A DNA stretch of 61,401 bases from an uncultured Candidatus Saccharibacteria bacterium (GCA_964479945.1 CAYZNS010000005.1:1-61401); one strand, 5' to 3'; shown: positions 45,849-56,148, counted from the stretch's first letter. Notes: generated by a model not told the origin, from the sequence alone. Numbers and translations: made by a program.

Positions 45849-46042
45849 ATTCAAAGTTCAAAATGCAAAGTGCAAAATTTTGGTATCGCTTCGCGATAAT
45901 TTATAATAATGTCAGAAAAAATACCGCCAATTGAAACAAATCAGCCAACTCCACCGGCAGGCCGAGCGGGAGCATGTGAAAGAAGAGGGTACTGAGAAGT
46001 AGGATACTTGAAAAATATGCGAGAAAAATGTACCATAAGATT

Positions 46043-46240
46043 ATGACCACAACAATCAATTCTACAATTACATATGCGAAAAAGTTAGAAAAACTGGAGG
46101 AGGAACTCTTAAAACTAAAAAAAGGATCGAAACAGTTTCTGTCAGCTCCTATTTCACTCAAAGGTCTCTGGAAAGGGGTGCAGATTAGCGAGAAAGACAT
46201 AGAAAAAACGAAGAAAGGCCTTTTTAAGGACGTAAGGTAA
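46043..46240 (+). CDS. Putative antitoxin partner of the PIN toxin
   Basis: Small basic protein directly upstream of the PIN gene; SLKGLWKG motif. Confidence 0.65.
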   Translation: MTTTINSTITYAKKLEKLEEELLKLKKGSKQFLSAPISLKGLWKGVQISEKDIEKTKKGLFKDVR

Positions 46241-46242
46241 AT

Positions 46243-46629
46243 ATGTATTACGTAGCTGATACGCATGCGTTCATCTGGTATCTTGCTGATGACAAGAAAC
46301 TCTCGCGAATTGCGCGAGACGTTTTTGATTCTGCTGATAGGGGTGAGGTAGTGATTATGGTGCCTGCGATTGTGCTTCTTGAATGTATTGATATTGTGGA
46401 TAAGAAAAAAGTGAAAGTGAATTTCGAGGAAATTGTTTTAAAGTTATCACAGGCAAGCAATTTCATAATTTCCGAAGTTACATGGACGCTTATTCTTGAG
46501 ACAAATCGTGTAAAGGGATTCAAAGATCTCCATGATAGGGTGATTGTTGCTACGGCACGGCTCCACGATGCAAAACTTCTATCGAAAGACAGTGTTATAA
46601 AAAAAGTATATACAAAAGCAGTGTGGTAA
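46243..46629 (+). CDS. vapC: PIN-domain (VapC-like) toxin
   Basis: YVADTHAFIWY, LLEC, DLHDRVIVATA, LLSKD. Confidence 0.9.
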   Translation: MYYVADTHAFIWYLADDKKLSRIARDVFDSADRGEVVIMVPAIVLLECIDIVDKKKVKVNFEEIVLKLSQASNFIISEVTWTLILETNRVKGFKDLHDRVIVATARLHDAKLLSKDSVIKKVYTKAVW

Positions 46630-46681
46630 AGGAATTTGGCATACCAAATTCTGGCAAGTTATAAGTTTATGAAGAAAAATT

Positions 46682-47398
46682 ATGTCAGAAAAAATACCGC
46701 CAATTGAAATAAATCAGCCAACTCCACCGGCAGAACAGATGCCGGAAGTAGTGGAAGCAGAAAAAACGGCAATACAAAAACTCGAACTGCTAATGAGTCC
46801 TGATTTTAAGGAATTTGCAGTGCGCTTTATGAATACAGACGAGTATCGCAAGATGATTAACAGTATAATTTCTTATAAGAGAGAATTAAAACGCAGACAA
46901 CAAGGACTCATATATCATGAGGGAGGACTGGGAGAGGTTTATGTTCCTAAATTGGAGGAAGAAGTGGAACATCCAACTTTTAAAGAATATCTAGAACGTT
47001 CTAAGGAGAATTGGCTCAATGTGGCGGGTACAGCAACTGATTGGCCTCAAGGAGTTGAAGGTAGAGATAAGGCTTATACTCTTGCAGTAATATTTGGGTT
47101 GTCTTTAGTCGATACAGAGTGGCGTAGAAAACGATTTGGGATTCGTGGGTATGCGTGGGGCGCGATTCGACCAGAAGTTAAGCAAAGAGAATTCGATAAA
47201 AATTTACTTGGTTCGATCGCTATAACAGAAGATGCGTCAGTAACACAAGAATTAGAAGAACTTGCCTCAAAAAGCGGAAAACTCGCTCACCCCGTTTTTG
47301 ACAGTAGCGGAACTGTGTATTGGCCAAAAAAAATGTCCTACGAAGAAGTAAAAAAACTTGTAGCCGAGCGGGAAGAACGTAAAAATGAAAAGAAATGA
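46682..47398 (+). CDS. Hypothetical protein
   Basis: Long AT-rich ORF with an acidic Pro-rich N-terminus; no recognised motif. Confidence 0.65.
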   Translation: MSEKIPPIEINQPTPPAEQMPEVVEAEKTAIQKLELLMSPDFKEFAVRFMNTDEYRKMINSIISYKRELKRRQQGLIYHEGGLGEVYVPKLEEEVEHPTFKEYLERSKENWLNVAGTATDWPQGVEGRDKAYTLAVIFGLSLVDTEWRRKRFGIRGYAWGAIRPEVKQREFDKNLLGSIAITEDASVTQELEELASKSGKLAHPVFDSSGTVYWPKKMSYEEVKKLVAEREERKNEKK

Positions 47399-47422
47399 AA
47401 GTAATTATCTCTGAGCCCGCAT

Positions 47423-47695
47423 ATGAAAGATTACATAAAATTTAAAAAACGACTTCTGAAAAATAAGGAAATTGGAAGAGCTTACGATGCATTGGGACCT
47501 GAATATGCTTTTATCGGTATGATCATACGGAGACGGATAGAACGAGGGTTTACACAGCAAGACCTTGCGCGAAGAGTCGGAACAAAACAAGCCGCAATTT
47601 CTCGTTTGGAGTCTGGAAGATCGAATCCGACCGTTTCTTTTCTGCGACACGTTGCTGATGCGTTGAATAATGAATTGGATATATCGCTTAAGTAA
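47423..47695 (+). CDS. XRE-family HTH protein (HigA-like)
   Basis: GFTQQDLARRVGTKQAAISRLESGRSNPT. Confidence 0.9.
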   Translation: MKDYIKFKKRLLKNKEIGRAYDALGPEYAFIGMIIRRRIERGFTQQDLARRVGTKQAAISRLESGRSNPTVSFLRHVADALNNELDISLK

Positions 47696-47709
47696 TATGT
47701 TATAAGTTT

Positions 47710-48681
47710 ATGATGGAACAAGCAATCAGAGATTTTCCGAAGCAATTTGAATATGAGCCTGTGGTTTTGCGGGACGGCGTTTTCGGGAGAGCGTCTTATT
47801 TCGTTGTTGCCGGCATGGGAGGCTCGCATTTGGCGGCGGACTTATTGCAATCCGTGCGTCCGGCGTTGCCTTGTAGTGTTCATACCGACTACGGTTTTCC
47901 CATAATGCATGCTGATATGGTGCGCGCCACGCTTTTTATCGCAAGCTCGTATTCCGGAAATACCGAGGAAGTTATTGACGGCCTTGAGGAAGCGCGAAAA
48001 AGAGGATTTCCGGCCGCGGCAATTTCTGTCGGTGGGCGCCTGGAAGAGCTGGCGCGCGAATATGAGCTCCCTTTCGTGAAGATTCCCGATACGGGTATCC
48101 AGCCGAGAAGTGCTCTGGGATTTAGTTTGTTGGGTCTATTAAAACTCATAGGTTTGGATGAAGAAATAAAGGAAGTGCAAGGGCTCAGCCGCGCATTGCG
48201 GACGAAACAAAATGAATCAGCCGGAAATGCACTTTCCCAAAAATTGCATCATACTATTCCTATTATATATGCGTCGCGCGCGAATAAGGCAATTGCATGC
48301 AATTGGAAGATAAAATGCAACGAGACAGGGAAGATCCCCGCATTTTATAATGTATTTCCGGAGTTAAATCACAACGAGATGACGGGCTACGATTCTACAG
48401 AAACTACAAAGCATCTCTCGGAGAAATATCATTTTATTTTCTTGCGGGATTCAGAAGATGATCCGCGCATACAAAAGCGCATGGATGTTTGCAAAAAGTT
48501 ATATGAAAAACGCGGGCTTCCTGTAACGGATGTGCCGCTGGAAGGGTCTACTCGTTGGGAGCGGATTTTTAATTCATTGCTGACTGCCGATTGGTTTGCG
48601 TATTATACAGGTACGGCATACGGCGTGGAGACGGAACACGTGCCTATGGTGGAGGAGTTTAAGAAAGCAATCAAGTTGTAA
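47710..48681 (+). CDS. Bifunctional phosphoglucose/phosphomannose isomerase (SIS)
   Basis: AGMGGS, SSYSGNTEE, WKIKCNE, FPELNHNE. Confidence 0.9.
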   Translation: MMEQAIRDFPKQFEYEPVVLRDGVFGRASYFVVAGMGGSHLAADLLQSVRPALPCSVHTDYGFPIMHADMVRATLFIASSYSGNTEEVIDGLEEARKRGFPAAAISVGGRLEELAREYELPFVKIPDTGIQPRSALGFSLLGLLKLIGLDEEIKEVQGLSRALRTKQNESAGNALSQKLHHTIPIIYASRANKAIACNWKIKCNETGKIPAFYNVFPELNHNEMTGYDSTETTKHLSEKYHFIFLRDSEDDPRIQKRMDVCKKLYEKRGLPVTDVPLEGSTRWERIFNSLLTADWFAYYTGTAYGVETEHVPMVEEFKKAIKL

Positions 48682-48700
48682 GTAGTAAGTTCAAAGCAGT

Positions 48701-49555
48701 ATGTATTTGTTATTAGATATTGGGGGAACCAAAACACGCATTGCGTATTCAACGGATGGCGTATCTTTCGGCGATCCACTGGTGTGCGACACGCGCAAGA
48801 ATTTTACCGAGGCGATTGCCGAATACGCGCAACTTGCAAAAGCGGCGGCCCAAGGCGGGGAAGTGCGCGCCTGCGCCGCCGGCGTGCGCGCACTGGATGC
48901 CGATAAAAAAACGCTGCGCGCTCAACCTCATTTTCCACTTTGGGTGGGGGAGCCGCTGCATCAGGAGTTAGAGCGCGCGCTCGGCGCGCCGGTGTATCTG
49001 GAAAACGATGCGGCATTAGCGGGGTTGGGAGAAGCAACAGCAGGCGCCGGCAAAGGGCATGACATTATTGCCTACATTACGGTAAGTACGGGGGTCGGCG
49101 GCGCGCGGGTTGTAAACGGAAACATGGACCCGAGCGCTTTTGGCTTTGAGCCGGGCAATCAGATACTTGATATGGACGGGTCATCGCATCATGCGGGCAG
49201 GGTTTCCGCCGCGCTGGAAAGCTATATATCCGGCACGGCGTTTCGGGAACGGTATCAAAAAGAGCCCCACGAGGTTACCAATGCCGGTGCATGGGAAGAA
49301 GCGGCGCGCGTTTTGGCATACGGGCTTCACAATACCATTGTGCATTGGTCGCCGGATGCGGTAGTACTTGGCGGCTCCATGATTACCGGCAACCCCGCGA
49401 TACCGCTTGATCGCGTAGAGGCGCATCTTACAAGCATTATGAAAGTATTTCCGCAACTGCCTGTCATAAAAAAAGCGGAGTTGGGGGATAAGGGAGGGTT
49501 GTATGGGGCACTGGCGTTTGTAAATCAAAAATTAAAAATCAAAATGCAAAATTAA
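48701..49555 (+). CDS. ROK-family sugar kinase (glucokinase-like)
   Basis: DIGGTKT, ENDAALA, TVSTGVGG, EPGNQ, VVLGGS. Confidence 0.9.
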   Translation: MYLLLDIGGTKTRIAYSTDGVSFGDPLVCDTRKNFTEAIAEYAQLAKAAAQGGEVRACAAGVRALDADKKTLRAQPHFPLWVGEPLHQELERALGAPVYLENDAALAGLGEATAGAGKGHDIIAYITVSTGVGGARVVNGNMDPSAFGFEPGNQILDMDGSSHHAGRVSAALESYISGTAFRERYQKEPHEVTNAGAWEEAARVLAYGLHNTIVHWSPDAVVLGGSMITGNPAIPLDRVEAHLTSIMKVFPQLPVIKKAELGDKGGLYGALAFVNQKLKIKMQN

Positions 49556-49650
49556 GGTATCGCTTCGCGATATTATTATATAAAATCGTCCCGACCCGGG
49601 TCGGGACACCAAAATTTTAACTTTTGATTTTTGCATTTTGAATTTTTTAA
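49524..49650. repeat. Heptad element with central GGTAT-hairpin and CCGACC palindrome; bounds approximate
   Basis: AAATCAAAATGCAAAATTAAGGTATCGCTTCGCGA...ACACCAAAATTTTAACTTTTGATTTTTGCATTTTG. Confidence 0.7.
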
Positions 49651-49722
49651 TCATATGCTTAAGAAAGTATAATAAGTGAAGGAGAATTAAGGTAATTTAT
49701 CGTTATTAACATAAGACAAAAC

Positions 49723-50541
49723 ATGGATCCACGCATAAAAAATTGGGTAGGGATGGCGCTGGTTGCCGCGCTGTTATTGGGAGCCGTTGCGTCGCTCTGG
49801 TACGTGCGCGCGTTCAGCCAGTCAATAGAACCGTCCTCATTTAGAAGTTTCTCGGTTTCGGCCGAAGGAGAAGCGGTTGTTATTCCGGACGTCGCGGAGT
49901 TTACGTTTACGGTGCTGACGCAGGGCGGCACCGATTTGACCGCAACACAGCAGACAAACACCAAAAAAACAAACGATGCCATTGATTTCGTGAAATCAAA
50001 GGGGGTGGAACGCAAGGATATAAAAACGCAGGGCTATAGCGTGGAGCCGCGGTATCAGTATTACAATTGCACTGGTCCAATTCTTCAAAAGGGCGTAGAA
50101 ATTGATCCTTATGTTTCGGAGCGTGAGGCATGCCCGCCGCCAGAAATTGTGGGCTATACCGTGCACAACATGGTTTCCGTAAAGGTAAGGAATTTTGAAG
50201 AAGTAGGCGGTATTCTCTCCGGCGTGGTGGAAAACGGCGCCAATTCCGTATCCGGCATTTACTTTACGGTGGATGATCCTACTGCTGTAGAAAACGAAGC
50301 CCGCGCGGAAGCGATTGCCAAAGCAAAAGATAAAGCGGAAGCGCTGGCGGACGCGGGCGATTTCCGGCTAGGGCGGCTCCTTTTCATAAACGAAGGAGGC
50401 GGCCCGCCCGTGTTTTATGATAAGCGTATGGCCGTTGCGGAAAGTTTTGACGGAGACGCGGCTGTAGCGCCCGCGCCAAGCATTGAGCCCGGCTCGCAGG
50501 ATTTTAAAATAACAATGACATTAACATATGAAATACGATAA
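49723..50541 (+). CDS. SIMPL (DUF541) domain protein
   Basis: N-terminal TM, VSAEGEA...PDVA, AIAKAKDKAEALA, IEPGSQ. Confidence 0.9.
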   Translation: MDPRIKNWVGMALVAALLLGAVASLWYVRAFSQSIEPSSFRSFSVSAEGEAVVIPDVAEFTFTVLTQGGTDLTATQQTNTKKTNDAIDFVKSKGVERKDIKTQGYSVEPRYQYYNCTGPILQKGVEIDPYVSEREACPPPEIVGYTVHNMVSVKVRNFEEVGGILSGVVENGANSVSGIYFTVDDPTAVENEARAEAIAKAKDKAEALADAGDFRLGRLLFINEGGGPPVFYDKRMAVAESFDGDAAVAPAPSIEPGSQDFKITMTLTYEIR

Positions 50542-50584
50542 AAAAAATGCCCTCCGACCAGGGTCGGAGGACTTTTGCTGTAAG

Positions 50585-51916
50585 CTATATATCGTAATAG
50601 CGTTCAAAGGTGTTAACCAGGTTTTGTCCGCCAAATCCAAAGCTGTAGTTTTCAGCAAATAGCAAATCTGGCGCTTCTCGCGCTCTGCCCACTACATAAT
50701 TAAGATCGCAGACAGGATCAGGCGTGCACAGATTCATAGTTGGAGGAATAGTTCTTTCCACAAGAGACAAAATACAAACTATTGCCTCAATGGCGCCGGC
50801 AGCTCCCATCATGTGTCCGGAAAACCCTTTTGTAGAACTTATCGGTATTCTATAGGCAAGATCGCCAAATGACTTTTTTATCGCTTGCGTCTCAGCGGCG
50901 TCTCCGTTGGGTGTTGAGGTGCCATGCGCGTTTATATAAAGATGACTGGCAAACCATTGCAAATCATCTTGAAATCTCAGCGGAAGCGCTTTTAGGATTG
51001 CGCGCGCCTGCATATTTGGATCAGGATCGGTTTCATGTCCGGCGTCTGAAGTGATACCATGGCTGATTACTTCTGCATAGATGCGCACTCCTCTCCGCAC
51101 GGCATGTTCAAGTTCTTCCAATACAAGAAACGCTCCTCCTTCACTCATAACAAAGCCGTCTCGAAGAAGATCGAATGGTTTTGAGGCGGTCGTAAGTTCG
51201 TTGTTGCACCGCGTCATGGCGCCCTTGCGCGCTAATACATTGAAATCCCAAAACATTACTTCATCAATAGCGTCAGCGCCGCCCGCAATACATATTTCCG
51301 TATTGCCAAGCATGATCTCATTCCATCCAAGCCGTATTGCGCCCGCGCCGCTGGCGCATGCTTCAACAGGTGTTACGAACCCGCCGGTAATGCCAAGCGC
51401 TGTTGATATGCGCGCCCCGCAACTGTCAGTCAATCCTTGTATAGCGGCAAAAGCTCGTTTTCTTCCGTACTCGCTTGCAACAAGGTTCGGATCGGAGGGA
51501 TATTTCCCGCGCAGTTCGTTCAATAGCGCCCCTCCTTCGGCAACTATCCCGCTCGCACCACCCCCCGTAGCTGCAATTAACATCATCCGATCCCGCAGGC
51601 TGGAAGATATTTTCTGTTCGCCATTCAACACATCTGCATTTTCACAAGCTTTCAATGCGGCCACGCAGGCAAAGTCGGCCATGCGATTGCTCCCGCGCCT
51701 GATTTGCTTCAAGGTGTCTCTGTTTTGGAAAAAATTCTGCAGGTCATATGTCGCAATCTGGGCTGCTATGCGTGTGTTGAGCTCGGATACATCAAAGCGT
51801 GTTATGGGAGTAAATTCAGGCGTGCCGTGGAGTAATTTGTGCCATATATTTTTTATGTCAGCTCCGTACGGACATATGGCGCCAATGCCGGTGATAACAA
51901 CTCTCCGTTTTTCCAT
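50585..51916 (-). CDS. fabF: Beta-ketoacyl-ACP synthase II (FabF-like)
   Basis: RRVVITGIG, EACASG (Cys), NAHGTST, KGFSGHMMGAAG, SFGFGG. GAAGGAGG RBS. Confidence 0.9.
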   Translation of the reverse strand: MEKRRVVITGIGAICPYGADIKNIWHKLLHGTPEFTPITRFDVSELNTRIAAQIATYDLQNFFQNRDTLKQIRRGSNRMADFACVAALKACENADVLNGEQKISSSLRDRMMLIAATGGGASGIVAEGGALLNELRGKYPSDPNLVASEYGRKRAFAAIQGLTDSCGARISTALGITGGFVTPVEACASGAGAIRLGWNEIMLGNTEICIAGGADAIDEVMFWDFNVLARKGAMTRCNNELTTASKPFDLLRDGFVMSEGGAFLVLEELEHAVRRGVRIYAEVISHGITSDAGHETDPDPNMQARAILKALPLRFQDDLQWFASHLYINAHGTSTPNGDAAETQAIKKSFGDLAYRIPISSTKGFSGHMMGAAGAIEAIVCILSLVERTIPPTMNLCTPDPVCDLNYVVGRAREAPDLLFAENYSFGFGGQNLVNTFERYYDI

Positions 51917-52062
51917 ATGTGATTCCTCCTTCTCAAAGATCAAATTTCAATTCGTTGCCTAGTATAGCAAATTGTTTCTGTGAGGGCAAATAACAATAGC
52001 TATTTGCGCATGTGTATGCTACGCTGATAAAGAATCAAATTGTTCTTGAAAAAGGAGGAATT

Positions 52063-52983
52063 ATGAACATGGGAGTTCTGGTTTTAGCCGTCGTGGCTGC
52101 TTTCGGCGTTTTGGGCGGCATGGCGATTTTGTTTCTTCAAAAACTTCGGGAGAAACAAATTACAGCGTATCCGGTTTACAGCACCATCACGTTTCTTTCG
52201 TTGATAACTGCTGGCGCTCTATACGGGGTATGGTACGGCTGTACAGGTGGATATTCTTTTATATCTATCGCAGCAACATTTTTTATGACCATTTACACCG
52301 GCCTCGGCGTAAGTTTGGGTCTCCATAGACATGATACGCACAAAAGCTTCAAAATGGATCCGGTAGTCGAATGTATCCTAGCGGTCGGCGCATGGATGGC
52401 GGGTATGCACAAGAGATCATGGGTGCCGAATCATCATCAGCATCATGCGTATGAAGATAAATTCGATGACCCGCATTCTCCAAAACTTTTTGACGGAAGA
52501 TGGTATGGCTTTTTCTGGAGCCATATTGGCTGGCTTTTTGTTCAACGGGAATATTCTCCGTCAGTCCAAAGAATGGATACGGCAAGGATACCTTTCATAA
52601 GAAGTGAGCGGTTCTTGTTTGCTCCTTGTTTTGTTCTTGGATTCATCATTCCATATGTTTTTTTTGGTCAGGCAGGCGTGTGGCTCGCGTTTATCCGCGT
52701 CACTTACGTGCTGAACATGGCATTCAGTATCAATTCCGCGGGGCATATGTTTGGCACAGCCGTACGGCAAGAAAGTTTCAGCCGCAATGGTTCATGGTTC
52801 GGTGCACTGCTGACGATGGTAGGGGAACGGTATCATGCGTTCCATCACGCAGATCCACGTTCCGCGTACTTGGGTTGGCGATGGTGGGATATTGATGTCG
52901 GTAAATGGGTACTGCGATCGCTCGAGCTGATGGGGTTGGTATGGGATGTGCGACGCCCAAAAATATACCAAAGACTATCCTAA
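52063..52983 (+). CDS. Membrane fatty-acid desaturase (Delta9/OLE1-like)
   Basis: His boxes HRHDTH, HHQHH and HAFHH; DPHSP, WSHIGW, INSAGH. AAAGGAGG RBS. Confidence 0.9.
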   Translation: MNMGVLVLAVVAAFGVLGGMAILFLQKLREKQITAYPVYSTITFLSLITAGALYGVWYGCTGGYSFISIAATFFMTIYTGLGVSLGLHRHDTHKSFKMDPVVECILAVGAWMAGMHKRSWVPNHHQHHAYEDKFDDPHSPKLFDGRWYGFFWSHIGWLFVQREYSPSVQRMDTARIPFIRSERFLFAPCFVLGFIIPYVFFGQAGVWLAFIRVTYVLNMAFSINSAGHMFGTAVRQESFSRNGSWFGALLTMVGERYHAFHHADPRSAYLGWRWWDIDVGKWVLRSLELMGLVWDVRRPKIYQRLS

Positions 52984-52984
52984 T

Positions 52985-54796
52985 TCATCTACGAGGCTTC
53001 AACAACTTCATAAACTCTTGTAAAGGACGGGTATTAACCACGTCCTCTTTTTTTGCCCAGCCGCGGCGAGCTTCGGCAATGCCGTGTTCCAAAAATTTAA
53101 AATGCTGTACGGAATGCGCGTCTGAATCTATTGCCATTTTTACCCCTGCTTCCACGCATTTGCGCACGTATTCAGCTTTGATATCTAACCGCACGGGATA
53201 GGCGTCAATCTCCAAAATAGTGCCGGTGCGTTTGGCAGCTTTTATAATTTCATCAACATCAAGCGCGATGGGCTCGCGGGAATTGATAATGCGGCCCGTA
53301 AGGTGAAAAATAATATCTACATGTGGGTTCTCCATCGCGCGGATAATGCGCACGGTTTGTTCTTTTTCAGAAAGCTTCATGCTCGTGTGAATGGCCGCAC
53401 CCACCACATCCAGTTTTGCCAGGCATTCATCCGCAATATCCAGCGAGCCATCTTTTAGAATGTTAACCTCCGCGCCTTTTAGAACCTGAAGTCTGAAGCC
53501 TTGTCCGCCGGAGGCGGATCCGCCTTTGGCGGAAAACTTTTTGTTTATACGGTCAATCTCCTTCATCTGTTGTTCCAGCTTCTTTTCATCCGCGCCGCCG
53601 GTCATGGCAAGAGATTTCGTATGATCGGTAATTACGATATATTCCAGACCCGCCGCTTCGGCCGCGCGTGCCATCTCTTCTATGGAATCCTCGCCGTCGG
53701 TCCAGTCGGTCTGCGTCTGCAAGTCTCCTTTCAGATCACCGTATTCAATAAGCTTAGGCAGCATATTTTTTTGCGCAGCCTCAATTTCTCCCGTATTCTC
53801 CCGCAACTCCGGCTCTATATATTGCATGTCGAGCACATTATATAGATCTTTTTCGGTTTCTCCCGCTATTTGTATTTGTGTAGTTTTAAGTTTTGCGTTG
53901 TAGTTTTGACTTTTGACTTTTGAGTTTTGAGTTTTAAATAATCCGTACTCGTTGAGTTTATATCCTTTTTTTATCGCAATTTTTCGCAGTTCTACATTGT
54001 GCTCTTTACTGCCGGTAAAGTAATTGAGTGCGGCACCCCACGATTTCTCCGGTATCACGCGCAAATCCGCATCCAGTCCATTTTTGAGCCGCACGTTTGT
54101 TTTAGTCTCCCCGCTGCCATAGACGTGCACAACCATCGGCAATTTTACGAAACGCGCCATAACATCTGATGGTTTTGATGAGCTTACCAGGATATCAATG
54201 TCGCCTATGGTTTCTTTCCGACGTCGAGCCGACCCTGCGATAATGGCGCGGGTTACACCCGGAAACGCGCGTATCGTATTCTCCAGCGCGTGCAGTTCCG
54301 GCATCATAAGGCCGAGTACTTTGCGTCCGCCGGATTTTTTTAAAAATTCAATACCTTTTAATATCTTTTTTTCGGAACGCTCGCCGAAATGCGGCAGGGC
54401 GCGGATTTTTCCGGACAAAGCCGCTTTCTCCAGATCTTTGAGATTTTTAATCTTGAGTTCTTTCCACAAGGCGCGCACCATTTTCGGCCCTATGCCCTCA
54501 ATGCCGGTAAGTTCCGTGATATCAACCGGATTTTTTTTCTTGAGATCCTCGTATTCTTTGAACGTCCCTTTTTGTAAGAGTTGCTCAATATGATCAGCGA
54601 TCCCTTTGCCTACGCCAGGTATCTCTTTCGACAGCGCTTCTATGCCGCCCGCTTTGTAAATATCCGCGACGTCGCGCTCAAGCGCTTCAATACTTTCTGC
54701 GGCTTTTTCATACGCGCGCGGCTTAAACGGCACGTCATCCATCTCAAGCATGAGCGCCATTTCTTTTAAGATGTGGACTATTTCTTGATTGGTCAT
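52985..54796 (-). CDS. polX: DNA polymerase/3'-5' exonuclease PolX with PHP domain; two in-frame repeat insertions
   Basis: AGSARRRKETIGDIDIL, YFTGSKEHN, ITDHT, HLTGR, DSDAH. Confidence 0.93.
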   Translation of the reverse strand: MTNQEIVHILKEMALMLEMDDVPFKPRAYEKAAESIEALERDVADIYKAGGIEALSKEIPGVGKGIADHIEQLLQKGTFKEYEDLKKKNPVDITELTGIEGIGPKMVRALWKELKIKNLKDLEKAALSGKIRALPHFGERSEKKILKGIEFLKKSGGRKVLGLMMPELHALENTIRAFPGVTRAIIAGSARRRKETIGDIDILVSSSKPSDVMARFVKLPMVVHVYGSGETKTNVRLKNGLDADLRVIPEKSWGAALNYFTGSKEHNVELRKIAIKKGYKLNEYGLFKTQNSKVKSQNYNAKLKTTQIQIAGETEKDLYNVLDMQYIEPELRENTGEIEAAQKNMLPKLIEYGDLKGDLQTQTDWTDGEDSIEEMARAAEAAGLEYIVITDHTKSLAMTGGADEKKLEQQMKEIDRINKKFSAKGGSASGGQGFRLQVLKGAEVNILKDGSLDIADECLAKLDVVGAAIHTSMKLSEKEQTVRIIRAMENPHVDIIFHLTGRIINSREPIALDVDEIIKAAKRTGTILEIDAYPVRLDIKAEYVRKCVEAGVKMAIDSDAHSVQHFKFLEHGIAEARRGWAKKEDVVNTRPLQEFMKLLKPRR

Positions 54797-56148
54797 TGTG
54801 ATTGCACAATCCGCGGTCCTTTCGGCGTATCTTCCACTAACCAGCCCATGTGTTCCAGCTCGGCGCGTACGGCGTCCGCTTCCCGCCACTTTTTCTCTTG
54901 GCGCAACTGTTCGCGTTTTTTAGCTAATGCGTGAATATCCTCCGGAACATCAAGAGGCTTTATGTCGGCGAGCCCCAGACCCAGAATTTTGTCAAATTTA
55001 AAAACGAGATTTAATGCGCCACCCGCATGGCGTATTGATGCCGTGCGGCAGGTTTTTATCAAATTCCACAGAACGGCAAGCGCTTGCGGCGTGTTGAGAT
55101 CGTCGGCAACGGCGGCAAAGAATTTCTTTTCATATGATGCATAAAGGTTTCCGCTGCTTTTCTCTCGCAGCAGTTCCCGCACAAATTCTACAAGCTCTTT
55201 TCGCGCGTTACGCGCGGCTTCCAGCGACTGCCACGTAAAGTTCAGTTTTGAGCGATAGTGCGCGGTAAGAATGAGATAACGAAAGTCCAGCGGGTCAAAT
55301 CCTTTTTGTTCAATATCGCGCAAGGTGTACGTATTACCCAGAGACTTTGACATTTTCTGCCCGTCTACCAGCAGATGCTCGCCGTGCATCCAGTAACGCA
55401 CGAATTGCTTCCCGTTTGCCGCTTCCGACTGTGCGATTTCGTTTTCATGGTGCGGGAAGAGAAGATCAATGCCGCCGGTATGGATGTCAAACGGCTGTTT
55501 GAGATAGGCGGTTGCCATAGCGGAGCACTCAATATGCCAGCCGGGGCGGCCTTCGCCGAACGGCGCGGGCCACGCGGGCTCTCTTTCCTTTTTCGCTTTC
55601 CACAGCACAAAATCCTGCGCGTCTTGTTTTGCGTATTCATCCACATCAACGCGCGCGCCCGCTTTCAGGCGGCGGCTTGCAACGCGGCTCAAGCGGCCGT
55701 ATGGCTTGAATTTGGATATGTCAAAATATACGGAACCGTCTGTTTGATATGCTATTCCTTTTTTAAGAAGCTTCCCGATGAGCCGGATCATGTGCGGGAT
55801 ATGTTCCGTGGCGCGCGTGAATGCATACGGAGGCGCGATATGCAGTTTTTCAAGATCGTGTTTGAAGGCGTTTTCGTACTGCCGGGTAAAATCGCGGAGC
55901 GACAAACGTTCTTGCGCGGCACCCGCGATTGTTTTGTCGTCCACGTCCGTAATGTTCATAATATGCCGTACGCGGAAATCGTTGTGCGCCAGTACGGCTT
56001 TCAGAATATCCTGAAAAATATAGGTACGGAGATTTCCAATATGCACGTAGTTATAAACCGTAGGTCCGCAGGTGTATAAACCAACACCCCCTTTTTTGAG
56101 GGGCTTAAATATTTCTTTTTTTCGCGTGAGGGAATTGTAGATTTTCAT
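54793..56148 (-). CDS. cysS: Cysteine--tRNA ligase
   Basis: [28 protein letters not shown]. Confidence 0.97.
   Translation of the reverse strand: MKIYNSLTRKKEIFKPLKKGGVGLYTCGPTVYNYVHIGNLRTYIFQDILKAVLAHNDFRVRHIMNITDVDDKTIAGAAQERLSLRDFTRQYENAFKHDLEKLHIAPPYAFTRATEHIPHMIRLIGKLLKKGIAYQTDGSVYFDISKFKPYGRLSRVASRRLKAGARVDVDEYAKQDAQDFVLWKAKKEREPAWPAPFGEGRPGWHIECSAMATAYLKQPFDIHTGGIDLLFPHHENEIAQSEAANGKQFVRYWMHGEHLLVDGQKMSKSLGNTYTLRDIEQKGFDPLDFRYLILTAHYRSKLNFTWQSLEAARNARKELVEFVRELLREKSSGNLYASYEKKFFAAVADDLNTPQALAVLWNLIKTCRTASIRHAGGALNLVFKFDKILGLGLADIKPLDVPEDIHALAKKREQLRQEKKWREADAVRAELEHMGWLVEDTPKGPRIVQSQ

Larger units (their letters stand above)
45909..46733 (+). repeat. 52-bp direct repeats (45909-45960, 46682-46733) bracketing a VapBC-like pair
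   Basis: ATGTCAGAAAAAATACCGCCAATTGAAA(C/T)AAATCAGCCAACTCCACCGGCAG, one mismatch. Confidence 0.85.

Noticed and set aside
42866-46733. Integron cassette array
   Set aside because: It is TA-rich, but I found no integron integrase and no repeated attC with RYYYAAC/GTTRRRY ends between the genes.
53501-53845. ORF beginning MSAGGGSAFGGK
   Set aside because: Antisense to polX; its start is just the inserted palindrome read on the other strand.
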